64,000 nt of DNA, taken from positions 32,001 through 96,000 of IMG/VR virus record IMGVR_UViG_3300042893_001581. One strand, written 5' to 3'. Position numbers and translations under genes: made by a program. The stretch is from a virus. The notes below the pieces were generated by a model. That model was not told the origin of the DNA, did not search any database, and saw only the letters and a program-made list of their open reading frames with translations. This document shows, piece after piece, positions 39,254-48,623 of this stretch; position 1 is the first letter of the stretch; each line of letters opens with the position of its first letter.

Positions 39254-39463
39254 TTATAACTTTTCTATTTCTTGTTTTACTTCTGTCCAAAATTCATATC
39301 CGCTATGTGTGCCCATATATCCTAATACTTCGACACAACATTCAATTGCCTGTCTTTTGGCAATACCTTTACGTTCTTTTACATTTAATTTATGTCCTGT
39401 TTCTGCCAATACAATTAGCTCAGACATTGAAATTAATTTGGTTGCTTTTTCTTTTGCTGTCAT
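39254..39463 (-). CDS. Hypothetical protein
   Basis: MTAKEKA..FWTEVKQEIEKL; GTTATG start. Confidence 0.6.
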   Translation of the reverse strand: MTAKEKATKLISMSELIVLAETGHKLNVKERKGIAKRQAIECCVEVLGYMGTHSGYEFWTEVKQEIEKL

Positions 39464-39472
39464 AACTTTTAT

Positions 39473-39850
39473 TTAATAAGATTCATAAGACTTCTCTTCT
39501 ACTATACCTGAATTGGTTAATAGGTTTATCTCCTTCTTAATCTCGGCCCTTCGATCATTCTTAATATACACAGATCTGGCCAATTGGATAAACTTATCTC
39601 CGAAGTCTTTTTGCCTCTCGCATTCTCGGATATCATCTTCTATATCCCAAAGTTCCTTGTTCACTACTGCAAGATCAAGGTACTTATCATAGACTTCTTT
39701 CTTCTTAACAACCTTCAAGAAGATAGGAATTATCCAGTCTATTTCTTTCTCAACGTTATCTAGCTTGGTATCGTCTTTGATATTTGATCTCTTAATGAGT
39801 AGGATAGAGAACTTGTCTGCGATTTCTCCATTTGATACTTCTATTTTCAT
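39473..39850 (-). CDS. DUF6165-like protein
   Basis: VSNGEIADK.SIL.IK..VN.ELWDIED.IR..F..LARSVY..ND.R..IK..IN..S.IVEEKSY. Confidence 0.7.
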   Translation of the reverse strand: MKIEVSNGEIADKFSILLIKRSNIKDDTKLDNVEKEIDWIIPIFLKVVKKKEVYDKYLDLAVVNKELWDIEDDIRECERQKDFGDKFIQLARSVYIKNDRRAEIKKEINLLTNSGIVEEKSYESY

Positions 39851-40053
39851 ACGACCTCCTTTTTTTCTACTTTCCAAGTATTACCTTCACTGTCTTCTGC
39901 AATCAGATTAACTCGATTGACTTTAGTTACTGTACCACGATAATATGTGGTCTCATAAGATCTTCCGTCATGGAAATAACTACTCCACTTAATTGCATCT
40001 CCGACCTTAAATTCTCTTACGGCCTTTTCAGCCTTTTTAATTAGGGTTGCCAT
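39847..40053 (-). CDS. Small SH3/KOW-like beta protein
   Basis: FKVGD..GTVTKVNR. Confidence 0.5.
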   Translation of the reverse strand: MATLIKKAEKAVREFKVGDAIKWSSYFHDGRSYETTYYRGTVTKVNRVNLIAEDSEGNTWKVEKKEVV

Positions 40054-40070
40054 AACTTTATATTTTAATT

Positions 40071-40286
40071 TTATTGTTTAAACGAAAATGATTCTTGCTC
40101 CCACTTTCCACTGATAGGACACAAAGTCTCAAGTGTATAGTCTCCATTGTAAGCACGATTCTCACGGTGAGTCAACCACACTTTTTCGTCTCCTGAGTCC
40201 AGGACTAGCTCATCACCATCCCAAGCCTGTTCGATTGATTCAAGTACAATAAGATCTGAACGTCTGTAAATTCCTTCTCTAAACAT
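40071..40286 (-). CDS. Hypothetical protein
   Basis: 71-aa ORF. Confidence 0.55.
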   Translation of the reverse strand: MFREGIYRRSDLIVLESIEQAWDGDELVLDSGDEKVWLTHRENRAYNGDYTLETLCPISGKWEQESFSFKQ

Positions 40287-40325
40287 ATATAATAATTTTG
40301 TTGGTTAATTAATTTTGGTTGGAAA

Positions 40326-40742
40326 TTAGGCGGCATTCATTACGAATGCTTTACACGCCCAATTCTTAGCATTGACATACGCATACTGTTTTTGAGAATA
40401 TAGATTCGTGTCAATCCAATAAGAGTTGATAGTACCGACAGTAAGATCTTTAAGTATCTCCTCATCAATCACGACAACTTTTTTACCTTTTCTAGCGAAT
40501 ACAGTAAGCCAGTGCTGTCCGCCTTCTGCCATGAATTGGATAGTTTGAAGTGAACCCTTTTTCCAGCTAGACAACAGTTGAGCAGGTCCAAAATTATTAG
40601 CCATGTCATCGTTATATTTTGCTTCCGCAATACTCATGAACCCGGCTTGACATTTGTAGACGATCCTGTAAGATCCTTTTTGTTCTCTGATAAAGTTACA
40701 GGTTCCGAGTCCGAGGGTGTTGATAATCTTGTTCATATTCAT
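40326..40742 (-). CDS. Hypothetical early protein
   Basis: MNM start embedded in cassette copy 2. Confidence 0.6.
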   Translation of the reverse strand: MNMNKIINTLGLGTCNFIREQKGSYRIVYKCQAGFMSIAEAKYNDDMANNFGPAQLLSSWKKGSLQTIQFMAEGGQHWLTVFARKGKKVVVIDEEILKDLTVGTINSYWIDTNLYSQKQYAYVNAKNWACKAFVMNAA

Positions 40743-40892
40743 TATTGATTTGTTACATAGTAAAATTAAGACATTTCACTCAAATAAAAAAATTTATTTT
40801 AGTCTTTTTTAAAAATTTTCGATTGAAAACCAATCAGTTATAAGTGGTTAAAAACCAATCAGTTATAAAGTATTGATAATCAACCAGTTATA
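40740..40892 (-). repeat. Promoter/IHF-site cassette, copy 2
   Basis: Same core; units at 25-bp period (40823, 40848, 40873). Confidence 0.85.
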
Positions 40893-40922
40893 AAAAAGAG
40901 GCCCGGATAGATATCCAGGCCG
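40892..40922 (-). terminator. Intrinsic terminator
   Basis: GGCC-C-GGATA-GA-TATCC-A-GGCC hairpin next to an A6 run; downstream of 40948-41193. Confidence 0.6.
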
Positions 40923-40947
40923 AAATAATCAATAATGATAGAGGTTA

Positions 40948-41193
40948 TTAAGCCTCCAAGCTAGAAAGCTTGTACACATTAGACTTACGTCCACGTGTCA
41001 TGTCGTAAGCTTCATTAACGATACGATCGTTGAAGTACTTACCTGTTAGTACGTCAGCCACATGAGTGGTAGAAAAACCGGTTGTCTCAGCAACTCTAGT
41101 TACATCTCCAAGACGGAGCTTTCTGTTTACACGACTAACTTTCTGAATGTAGCTCAATTTAGTGTAAGAGCTCGGGCGATTTGAATTTTGCAT
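40948..41193 (-). CDS. Small basic HTH-like DNA-binding protein
   Basis: GDVTRVAETTGFSTTHVADVLTG fits a helix-turn-helix; has its own promoter-like core at ~41225 and its own terminator. Confidence 0.6.
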   Translation of the reverse strand: MQNSNRPSSYTKLSYIQKVSRVNRKLRLGDVTRVAETTGFSTTHVADVLTGKYFNDRIVNEAYDMTRGRKSNVYKLSSLEA

Positions 41194-41283
41194 AACTGTT
41201 TTTTTGTTGTTTTTTAATATATATGTAAATTAAGACGTTTTTCTGTATTATAAAAATCTATCTTTAGAGTAGATAAGTTTTTT

Positions 41284-41478
41284 TTAGAACTCATCTTCAA
41301 ATAGATCTTCTCCAAAGTCTTCAAATACCGGCTGATTCATTTCAGCATTCACTAAGTCTAAAGTTTGTAGTGCAAACTCTTTACTAACCCAAGGACTACC
41401 GTCTACGTCTACAATATCTGCTATGTAGTAAAGTCCGTCCATTTCTTTTAAGTCGCTCAATTTCATTTTGTAATTCAT
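41284..41478 (-). CDS. Small acidic protein
   Basis: AAGGTTATG start context. Confidence 0.55.
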   Translation of the reverse strand: MNYKMKLSDLKEMDGLYYIADIVDVDGSPWVSKEFALQTLDLVNAEMNQPVFEDFGEDLFEDEF

Positions 41479-41581
41479 AACCTTTATTGTTTTAATTTAT
41501 TTGTATCACCATATTCTAGTTTATTTTTATTCCTATATTGGTAATATTAGTACTAATTTTGGAATAATTCTAAACTATTTG

Positions 41582-41658
41582 TAGTCAGGGCCGGACTCGA
41601 ACCGGATAAGCAACTCATTAAGAGACTTGGGACCATCCCGCATTACACCCACCTGACT
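41582..41658 (-). tRNA. Degenerate tRNA or tRNA-like RNA (anticodon ambiguous, possibly TAA)
   Basis: Acceptor AGTCAGG/CCTGACT; T-arm CCGG-TTCGAGT-CCGG; irregular D and anticodon arms; CCA not encoded. Confidence 0.6.
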
Positions 41659-41664
41659 AGTTGT

Positions 41665-41868
41665 TTAATCCCAACAACCTGCCATGACTTCTAAATGGTG
41701 GTCGATAGCAATTTGAGTGGATCTGAAAGAGTCATAGTCATACTTAAACTCTGGCCACCTACTATCATCATCCCATCCTTTAGGGAACATAGGTTCGTAA
41801 TTAGGATTCTGTTGCATGTATTCTTCTTGGCTCATGCGGACCATTTTTTCTAATTCATTCTTACACAT
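41665..41868 (-). CDS. Hypothetical protein
   Basis: 67-aa ORF. Confidence 0.5.
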   Translation of the reverse strand: MCKNELEKMVRMSQEEYMQQNPNYEPMFPKGWDDDSRWPEFKYDYDSFRSTQIAIDHHLEVMAGCWD

Positions 41869-41889
41869 ATTATAAAATTTTAATTGTTA

Positions 41890-42132
41890 CTAAAGATAAT
41901 CTTGGATGTCGTATGAATGTTCTGTCTGATAGATCTTGACAATACTATCTCCATGAAATTCAATACTCTTTTTTAGAGCTTCACGATTCTTGACAGGATA
42001 ATCAAGTATCCCACCGTTAGGATGTCTTAATTCGACCCTTACGCAATCGTAAGACTCAATGTATCCGGTAAATTCTGCGTCAAACTGTTCTTGTTCTGTC
42101 TCAAAAGTGAATTTAAATTCTGTCATAGTCAT
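41890..42132 (-). CDS. Hypothetical protein
   Basis: Start MTMTEF with the AAATCAATAATG leader shared with cassette genes. Confidence 0.55.
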   Translation of the reverse strand: MTMTEFKFTFETEQEQFDAEFTGYIESYDCVRVELRHPNGGILDYPVKNREALKKSIEFHGDSIVKIYQTEHSYDIQDYL

Positions 42133-42155
42133 TATTGATTTATTGTTATTCAAGA

Positions 42156-42395
42156 TTAGGCTTCGATATGGACACCAAAAATGTAAGAAGTAACTTCGCA
42201 TTCAAGGTTTAGCATTAAGTCGCCAGGTCCGATATGACGCCTAACAAATGATTTGTCTATGTACAGACCATCTAGAGTGACAGTATCGTCATTCTTAAAA
42301 GATTCAAAATAATCCGCAGTCCTGTTCAAGCATCTGCTTCTGAGGGCGGCTGTCAATTGCGGGAGGTTCATCCTGTAGTTACTAAGCATATTCAT
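42156..42395 (-). CDS. Hypothetical early protein
   Basis: MNM start in cassette copy 3. Confidence 0.55.
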   Translation of the reverse strand: MNMLSNYRMNLPQLTAALRSRCLNRTADYFESFKNDDTVTLDGLYIDKSFVRRHIGPGDLMLNLECEVTSYIFGVHIEA

Positions 42396-42546
42396 TATTG
42401 ATTTGATACATAGTAAAATTAAGACATATTTTTGACATAAAAAAATTTATTTTAGTTTTTTCCAAAAGTTTTTATTGGAAATCAATAAGTTATAACTGAT
42501 TGGTTATCAATTACTTATATAAATGGTTGAAAATCAATAACTTATG
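42393..42546 (-). repeat. Promoter/IHF-site cassette, copy 3
   Basis: Same core; TTG at 42475, 42500 and 42527. Confidence 0.85.
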
Positions 42547-42547
42547 C

Positions 42548-42856
42548 CTATATTTTGTATTCTGATTCCAAATGGTTCCAAAGTGACTCTAAATCATAGC
42601 AAATAGGACTGTCATCTTTATCCCATGCACCAGGATCATCCTTACTATATTTGCTACCAAAATCACAGTCATAACAAAACCAACTGAACCAGTCATAACC
42701 TTCTTCTCCATAAATCTCTTTAATTAGTATAGTAATTACTGATTCATAAGGATCTGCAAACTCAACTAAATCTATATTAAGTTTGTACAGTTGATTAGTT
42801 ACTTCACTTTGATTCTTTAATGTCGCTACAATCTTAGTAAATGTTTCTAATTTCAT
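42548..42856 (-). CDS. Hypothetical protein
   Basis: DWFSWFCYDCDFG motif. Confidence 0.6.
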   Translation of the reverse strand: MKLETFTKIVATLKNQSEVTNQLYKLNIDLVEFADPYESVITILIKEIYGEEGYDWFSWFCYDCDFGSKYSKDDPGAWDKDDSPICYDLESLWNHLESEYKI

Positions 42857-42944
42857 AATTTAGAATTTACCCCATTGACTTTTCTTCTTAAGTTCTGCTG
42901 CTATTTTAAAGCCTAAGAAAATATCCTTAAAAAACTTTATTATT

Positions 42945-43499
42945 TTATTTTTCATTTTTTTTCTTTGTCCATTTAGAATTAGCCATTAGATCATCCCAAT
43001 CTTTATATCCTTCACTACGAGCGTACTCATCATTCTTTTTTCTACGGTATGCCGCTGATGCCTCAGGTTCTCTCATCTGATCACTATCAGTAAAGCCAAG
43101 TGACTTAGCACATTCCTCTTCACACCATTCATGTGAACCTATCTTTATTTCAATTGGTAGATCTGTTTCAATTGATTCAATAAAGTCTTCAAACTGTTTT
43201 GCAACTTCATGAGGTAGACTATAGATTCCTTCATCTACTTGATATCCTGATTCAGTTTGTTTATCAAATATTTCAATCCTACCCATTCTGTATTTCTCAC
43301 CAAATAAACTAAATACGCCGTAACCTACAGTTGAATAATAATATCTACCACGTCTTGCTTTACCATTTACATCAATACAACCTGGGTTCATCTCAATGTA
43401 ATTAGCAAGATGATCAGCAAACTCTTCAGGAGTTGAGTTAGGATAGTTGTACTTAACGTTATCTATATACCATTTAAGATCTTGCCTATTTACTTTCAT
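42945..43499 (-). CDS. Hypothetical protein
   Basis: 184-aa ORF. Confidence 0.6.
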   Translation of the reverse strand: MKVNRQDLKWYIDNVKYNYPNSTPEEFADHLANYIEMNPGCIDVNGKARRGRYYYSTVGYGVFSLFGEKYRMGRIEIFDKQTESGYQVDEGIYSLPHEVAKQFEDFIESIETDLPIEIKIGSHEWCEEECAKSLGFTDSDQMREPEASAAYRRKKNDEYARSEGYKDWDDLMANSKWTKKKNEK

Positions 43500-43502
43500 A
43501 GG

Positions 43503-43739
43503 TTATTTAATTTTAACTTCACCTTTAACTAACCAAATTATTGGAGCAGACAACAAAAACCATAGTCTCCATAAAAAACCACCTCGAGTATGTAACTCAA
43601 ACACATGTTTTAATCTACCATTTTCTACCTTAAACCAATCTTTTTTTGGATTATTAATAGGTAATTTATATCCATTATCTACTGGTCCAGATGCAAATAG
43701 ATAAGGTGTACCGTCTTGCATTATATCTTGTTGTGTCAT
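43503..43739 (-). CDS. Hypothetical protein
   Basis: Coupled ORF with a hydrophobic C-terminus. Confidence 0.5.
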   Translation of the reverse strand: MTQQDIMQDGTPYLFASGPVDNGYKLPINNPKKDWFKVENGRLKHVFELHTRGGFLWRLWFLLSAPIIWLVKGEVKIK

Positions 43740-44032
43740 AACTTATTATATTTACTATCACTTATTTTAAGTCCACAATATAAATCAAGGAAAGCCATTT
43801 CACGAGAAGCTATTTTAGAATAATAACGTTTCTTCTTTTTAATATGCTTAGTTCCCCATTCTCTCCACTCCTTATTCTGTTCTTCAGTCATGGTATACTG
43901 TTGGAACCAATTATCCTGTCTACCTTCTACATCTTCAAACTTAAGATCATGGCCTGCTATCTCAAACATCTTATCAATAAGTTCTTTAAGGAGAGTTCTT
44001 TCTTTGTTTGCTTTTATTTCATGCCTTGTCAT
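43736..44032 (-). CDS. Hypothetical protein
   Basis: 98-aa ORF. Confidence 0.6.
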   Translation of the reverse strand: MTRHEIKANKERTLLKELIDKMFEIAGHDLKFEDVEGRQDNWFQQYTMTEEQNKEWREWGTKHIKKKKRYYSKIASREMAFLDLYCGLKISDSKYNKL

Positions 44033-44106
44033 TGTAGTATAATTTTTCGAATCAACACAATTTATATATATATCAAATATACAACATTTCCCGGACCAGA
44101 GAAATT

Positions 44107-44316
44107 CTAACTTTTTAGTGAATCAATCTCTTCTTGTAATTCTAGTAGAGACTTTGGATCTAAATCTGTTTGTAGTATTACACCTATTATATACCTAGTA
44201 ACTATCTTAGACCTTTCTAGTAATACGTGTTCTGGTTCTTTACAACTCGGTTCTGCAAATCTGTTTTCAATTATAAATCTAACTGCTTTTATTATCTCTG
44301 TTGCTTCTCTTTTCAT
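44107..44316 (-). CDS. Hypothetical protein
   Basis: 69-aa ORF. Confidence 0.5.
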   Translation of the reverse strand: MKREATEIIKAVRFIIENRFAEPSCKEPEHVLLERSKIVTRYIIGVILQTDLDPKSLLELQEEIDSLKS

Positions 44317-44331
44317 TGAATATTTATTTGT

Positions 44332-44580
44332 ATGGTAAATAAATTTAAATATTATCTATTAAGATATTGGGTAAGCATATCTTTTCTTATTTTAGCTTTT
44401 TACTTTTATGAGCCTACGCAATCTACAATTCACTGTTCACCGGATTCTATTCTACAAGATACAAAAGTAAAAACATTACTAGGTCTAAATGAAATGACTT
44501 TAATGTGGATCTTAATGGCTGTAGCTCATGGTGCTAACTCATGCTACTGCGATATCAAATCCCTATTAAAGAAAGGTTAG
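44332..44580 (+). CDS. Small membrane protein; lone plus-strand gene with late motif
   Basis: Two hydrophobic helices; ATATTTAT at 44320-44327. Confidence 0.55.
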   Translation: MVNKFKYYLLRYWVSISFLILAFYFYEPTQSTIHCSPDSILQDTKVKTLLGLNEMTLMWILMAVAHGANSCYCDIKSLLKKG

Positions 44581-45050
44581 TCTTTTAGTCTATGTGTTAC
44601 TGTAATGATATTTACTTGTGTTACTGTATTTGATTCTTCTTTATCGTAGTTCACACAAATAGCAGATCTAATTACACCTTGAATATCAACAACTCTTTGA
44701 TCATACATCTTCTCTGTAATTTTAGGTGACTCATCTTCAATACAACAAGGTCCACCACAATTTTTAAACCTAACTACTTTAGATATAGTGTATATGTTTC
44801 TAGTATTGGTTCTTGCTATTGCTTTCTGAATTATATCTATATGTTCTGGCAGATAAAAGTCAAAGCTATCTAAATAGCAAATCTGTTTTAAGTCATCATT
44901 TAATATAGATTGTATTGCTACGTCTATAGAGTCGGGCGTAGTTTCGTATACTTTGAAGTCCTTATTAGTTTGTTGTTCTAAAGAGTCTAAACATATTTGT
45001 AGATGTTCTGCTTCTCCGTCCTCATGCTTTATTAAAAGTACTGCAATCAT
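44577..45050 (-). CDS. Short GT2-like protein
   Basis: CLDSLEQQTNKDF..YLDSFDFYLPEHI. Confidence 0.5.
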   Translation of the reverse strand: MIAVLLIKHEDGEAEHLQICLDSLEQQTNKDFKVYETTPDSIDVAIQSILNDDLKQICYLDSFDFYLPEHIDIIQKAIARTNTRNIYTISKVVRFKNCGGPCCIEDESPKITEKMYDQRVVDIQGVIRSAICVNYDKEESNTVTQVNIITVTHRLKD

Positions 45051-45139
45051 ATTTTGTTTTATTTAGTATTGATTCTGGCATATTTGTATTTATGGTATTT
45101 TTTAGGCCCTCTCGGAAAGTGCCCTACCCGCGGCCGCGC

Positions 45140-45370
45140 TTACTCATATCCTTCTACATTACGTAGTCCTGAGTATTCACATATGTTTGCTCCTGTTATT
45201 TGATACGCATCCCAAAGATTCTTCATTGCTTCATCTATAAGTTTTTTAATCTCATCATTAGAAGCCGGATGATCATAACAGTATTCATCTATATTACCCA
45301 TGATAACGCTTAGTCTATCTGCTAATTCTAGATAGTGTCCTGAGTTGAATTCTTTATAATTTTTTTCCAT
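45140..45370 (-). CDS. Hypothetical protein
   Basis: HYLELADR..HP..LWDAYQ. Confidence 0.55.
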   Translation of the reverse strand: MEKNYKEFNSGHYLELADRLSVIMGNIDEYCYDHPASNDEIKKLIDEAMKNLWDAYQITGANICEYSGLRNVEGYE

Positions 45371-45487
45371 TGGTGTTTAATTTCTTTTTGTTTTTATCTA
45401 TTTGAATTTGTCTATACCATTTACCCAACCAATTTGTGGCTTGATAGTTTTCCCAATACTTAATCTCTGTTTCTATCTTTTTCTTTT

Positions 45488-45868
45488 TTATCTTTTCCAT
45501 AACCTTAATATCTTATTTCTTAGTGGAAAATACCATTCATATTTTAGAAAGATGTGTAATTTAAAATAATTATCTACATCTTGTCTCCATTGTTTTATAT
45601 ATCCCATTAGTTCTTGCATTTCAGTTTCAGAAGGTTTCTTTGCTTTGAACTCTTCTGTATCTGTCCAATAAAATAACCTTATGTCATCCCATATTTTACC
45701 CATACCTTTATTTTGAAGGTCTCCATATGAAATTATATAAGTAGGATAGTCATGGATCATAAACATTTGTTTCCTTTTTTCTTTTCTAGTAGGAAACTTT
45801 ATTCCTGATCTATAATCTTCGTACCAATAAGTATACCAACGACTGGATCCGAAACGACTATACGCCAT
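45488..45868 (-). CDS. Hypothetical protein
   Basis: MAYSRF start. Confidence 0.6.
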   Translation of the reverse strand: MAYSRFGSSRWYTYWYEDYRSGIKFPTRKEKRKQMFMIHDYPTYIISYGDLQNKGMGKIWDDIRLFYWTDTEEFKAKKPSETEMQELMGYIKQWRQDVDNYFKLHIFLKYEWYFPLRNKILRLWKR

Positions 45869-45874
45869 AACTTT

Positions 45875-46039
45875 TTATTTTACAGTTAAATACATTTTTA
45901 ACTTTGATAGTTTGTTTACTTCTTCTATTAATTTATTAATAGTTACTTTCCACTCTTGATATTCTACCTTCTTTCTTTTATCAGGCATATCAATAAACAT
46001 TTCTTCTATACGATCTACTAGATCAACTACATTAGGCAT
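45875..46039 (-). CDS. Small hypothetical protein (54 aa)
   Basis: MPNVVDLVDRIEEMF...; fills the gap. Confidence 0.5.
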   Translation of the reverse strand: MPNVVDLVDRIEEMFIDMPDKRKKVEYQEWKVTINKLIEEVNKLSKLKMYLTVK

Positions 46040-46205
46040 TAACTTGTTTTTTATTTGTTATAATCTCTTGACATGTTTCAAGTACATCTTTCCAATAAGA
46101 TACGTGATTTGTTTCTATAGTGTCTTCTAATAAACTATTAACAACCTCAATACAATTCTCCCCATATCTTTCTACTAAAAAGTCTGCTCTTTCTTTTATA
46201 GTCAT
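46032..46205 (-). CDS. Small hypothetical protein (57 aa)
   Basis: MTIKERADFL..YWKDV; weakly similar to 39254-39463. Confidence 0.5.
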   Translation of the reverse strand: MTIKERADFLVERYGENCIEVVNSLLEDTIETNHVSYWKDVLETCQEIITNKKQVNA

Positions 46206-46210
46206 AAAAT

Positions 46211-46948
46211 TTATCTTACTGATCCTACACTTAACTTACCTTCTTCGATTATTAGATATTGTCCTGAAGTTTCCATAGTGTCTATGAAGTAGTATCTACC
46301 ACCTGTAAACTTATCGCTTTCGTCCAAATTTAATCTACGCATTTGAGTATGGCCTACAATTTGAATGTAGTCTTTCTTTAATCCTTTATTATGTTTCTTA
46401 TTTGCAGACATTAATGATCTAGGCCTAATCCAAATTGGTGTTTGCGTTGTATTATCTCCATGAGCATCAAAGCCATTAAAGTCAAATGCTCTAGGTTTAT
46501 ATTTAAACAATTCATTTAGATCAACTACAACATTTTCTTTACTCCAATCATTTTCACCAAACACTTGATCCATAAATACAGGACTTACACCTGCATGAGT
46601 GAATAGATACTCACCAAAACCATAAGCCATTTGTAAATGATGTCTATTCTCATCTACTACTTGCATAATAGAAGGCGCGATACCAGTTTGAAAGCCTGAT
46701 GTACCTGTGTATCCTACTTCTGGGAAATAATGATGATCGTGATTACCAATCAACATTATAACCTCAACTTGTGGATTTGTTTCTTTATAGTGGAGGATTT
46801 CTTTAAAGTTATTAATCTGCTCTATTCCACTAAGTTCAAATGAGTCAAAGTAATCACCAATGAATATAACTCTATCAGGCTTTTCTTGATGAATAGCAAG
46901 TTTCCAATTAGATCTTCCGTGAGTGTCTCCTATTACAATAGTTTTCAT
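46211..46948 (-). CDS. Calcineurin-like metallophosphoesterase
   Basis: GDTHG, GDYFD, GNHD, HAG, VGHT; start MKTIVI at 46948. Confidence 0.9.
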   Translation of the reverse strand: MKTIVIGDTHGRSNWKLAIHQEKPDRVIFIGDYFDSFELSGIEQINNFKEILHYKETNPQVEVIMLIGNHDHHYFPEVGYTGTSGFQTGIAPSIMQVVDENRHHLQMAYGFGEYLFTHAGVSPVFMDQVFGENDWSKENVVVDLNELFKYKPRAFDFNGFDAHGDNTTQTPIWIRPRSLMSANKKHNKGLKKDYIQIVGHTQMRRLNLDESDKFTGGRYYFIDTMETSGQYLIIEEGKLSVGSVR

Positions 46949-47292
46949 TTCCACAATATTTGTATCAAAATTATAACTAATGCAAGAAATAAACAAATTG
47001 AAGTCTTTAGTGAGATACCTTCTTTAAACAAAAACCAAGTAAGTGCAATAAAGACTACGACTCCAATCCCAAAACCTAATAGTCTTGAAGGCCAAGTCTC
47101 TCCATTAAATGCTATGATAAAATTTTGAACACTCTTCATGAATGCCCAACTAATAGGAAGTCCGAGTAGCATAAGAGCCCAACTATATTTCTCAGTCCAA
47201 CCCCACTTGATACCTCCTTGTAATTGAATAAAAGATAAGACTTGTCCTATAACACCGTAAAGAACTCCGTAAACTAAATTTAACAAAACCAT
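46945..47292 (-). CDS. Four-helix membrane protein (DMT/SMR-like)
   Basis: Four hydrophobic helices; FKE.IS motif. Confidence 0.55.
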   Translation of the reverse strand: MVLLNLVYGVLYGVIGQVLSFIQLQGGIKWGWTEKYSWALMLLGLPISWAFMKSVQNFIIAFNGETWPSRLLGFGIGVVVFIALTWFLFKEGISLKTSICLFLALVIILIQILWK

Positions 47293-47304
47293 TTTATTTC
47301 TTTT

Positions 47305-47583
47305 TTATTCCTCTTCTGTACTTAAATACAAGTTTGAGGAGTTGTTACCACCAATTTCAGCAATGGCATCTTTGTTAATTAATTCATGGATCTCTTTCTT
47401 GATCTCTTTATAAGCAGCAATATATTCTTCAAGTTTCTTTTTATCATCAGGAGAAAGGTTAGATACTCTTTCTTTCATACTCCTATTACCTTTAACTGGA
47501 ATAGTTTCCTCTTGAGGCATTGATTCATCTTCCATTAATGATAAGATTGCTTTGCTATACTTAACTGGATCTACGTAATTCAT
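47305..47583 (-). CDS. Small late protein
   Basis: Start MNYVDPV at 47583; ATATTTAT at 47597-47604. Confidence 0.55.
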   Translation of the reverse strand: MNYVDPVKYSKAILSLMEDESMPQEETIPVKGNRSMKERVSNLSPDDKKKLEEYIAAYKEIKKEIHELINKDAIAEIGGNNSSNLYLSTEEE

Positions 47584-47593
47584 TTGATTCTTT

Positions 47594-47797
47594 TTAATAA
47601 ATATTTGACATCTTAACAAGTTCTTTGGCAATCTTACTATCTTTAATAACATGAACTTCAAAGTCATTTTTAGATCCTGCTGCCACTATACCTGTGTATC
47701 TCTCGGCAGTTGAATGCTTTACACAAGAAGTAGAATATCCTAATGCTACACGTTTTGGGTGGATCTCAGTTCCACACACTTTACAATATTTTTTCAT
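47594..47797 (-). CDS. DksA/TraR-like zinc-finger protein
   Basis: CKVCGTEIHPKRVALGYSTSCVKH (C-x2-C-x16-C-x2-H). Confidence 0.55.
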   Translation of the reverse strand: MKKYCKVCGTEIHPKRVALGYSTSCVKHSTAERYTGIVAAGSKNDFEVHVIKDSKIAKELVKMSNIY

Positions 47798-48063
47798 AAC
47801 TCTTGAATTTGTTTTAATAATTCTGTAACTTCATCAGGTGTTAAATGTCCTCTAACGTCTCCATTGGCTACTGGATTGTCGTAATGTAGCTTTCCATTCT
47901 CATCTAATACAGCAAGCTCATAAAGGCCTTCTTTTCCTCCATAACTAAAGTTGTGTCTAACTATGCTGGCTCCGTATCCGTTGCCAAATTGAATTCTACA
48001 CTGCACTCCATTATAGAATAGATCTTTCATTTCTATAAATTCTAAGTCTTTAAATGTCTTCAT
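47794..48063 (-). CDS. Conserved hypothetical phage protein
   Basis: F.NGYGASIV..SYGG..GLYELAVL..DVRG.L. Confidence 0.65.
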   Translation of the reverse strand: MKTFKDLEFIEMKDLFYNGVQCRIQFGNGYGASIVRHNFSYGGKEGLYELAVLDENGKLHYDNPVANGDVRGHLTPDEVTELLKQIQEL

Positions 48064-48073
48064 GTTTTTATTT

Positions 48074-48529
48074 TTACCAACTTGATGAATAATAATAATC
48101 TCCGTCAGGATCTGATAAAGCCTCGTCTATTATTTTTACGGTTTCATGTAGATCATCAAAATAATATTCATCATATTCAGTACCACCAAAAAAACAACCA
48201 CTAGTAGTAGGAAGTAGTTCAGGAGCTTTATTACCGTCTTCAATTACTTGAAGGCAAAGATCTTTAAGTTCTTGAAGTTTATTTGGAAATACAAAATACT
48301 CTCCACAATCATCATGTCCTTTTTGAATATTATCTACGAACCATTTATGAATAGCATTTGCTTTACGCCAATATCCTATTTCTTCAATTATATATTTAAC
48401 GCGACTACTTTTAATTGTAGGATGATCTTTGCCGCCTTTAGTAACAGAGACCTGATCTCTATACTCTTCTTTAAAAAAATCACCTTGAGATATATAAAGT
48501 TTTTTATACATGTACATGTCTAGTCCCAT
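48074..48529 (-). CDS. Conserved hypothetical phage protein
   Basis: MGLDMY..YWRKANAIH.WF..LLPT..G.FFG..YD.YY..YY.SSW. Confidence 0.7.
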   Translation of the reverse strand: MGLDMYMYKKLYISQGDFFKEEYRDQVSVTKGGKDHPTIKSSRVKYIIEEIGYWRKANAIHKWFVDNIQKGHDDCGEYFVFPNKLQELKDLCLQVIEDGNKAPELLPTTSGCFFGGTEYDEYYFDDLHETVKIIDEALSDPDGDYYYSSSW

Positions 48530-48623
48530 AACCTTTAATTTTTTGATATGATATAAATGAACATTATAATTAATCCTATTAATGCTAACAATGACTCGTC
48601 TTTTAAATACTTAACGTACTTCA

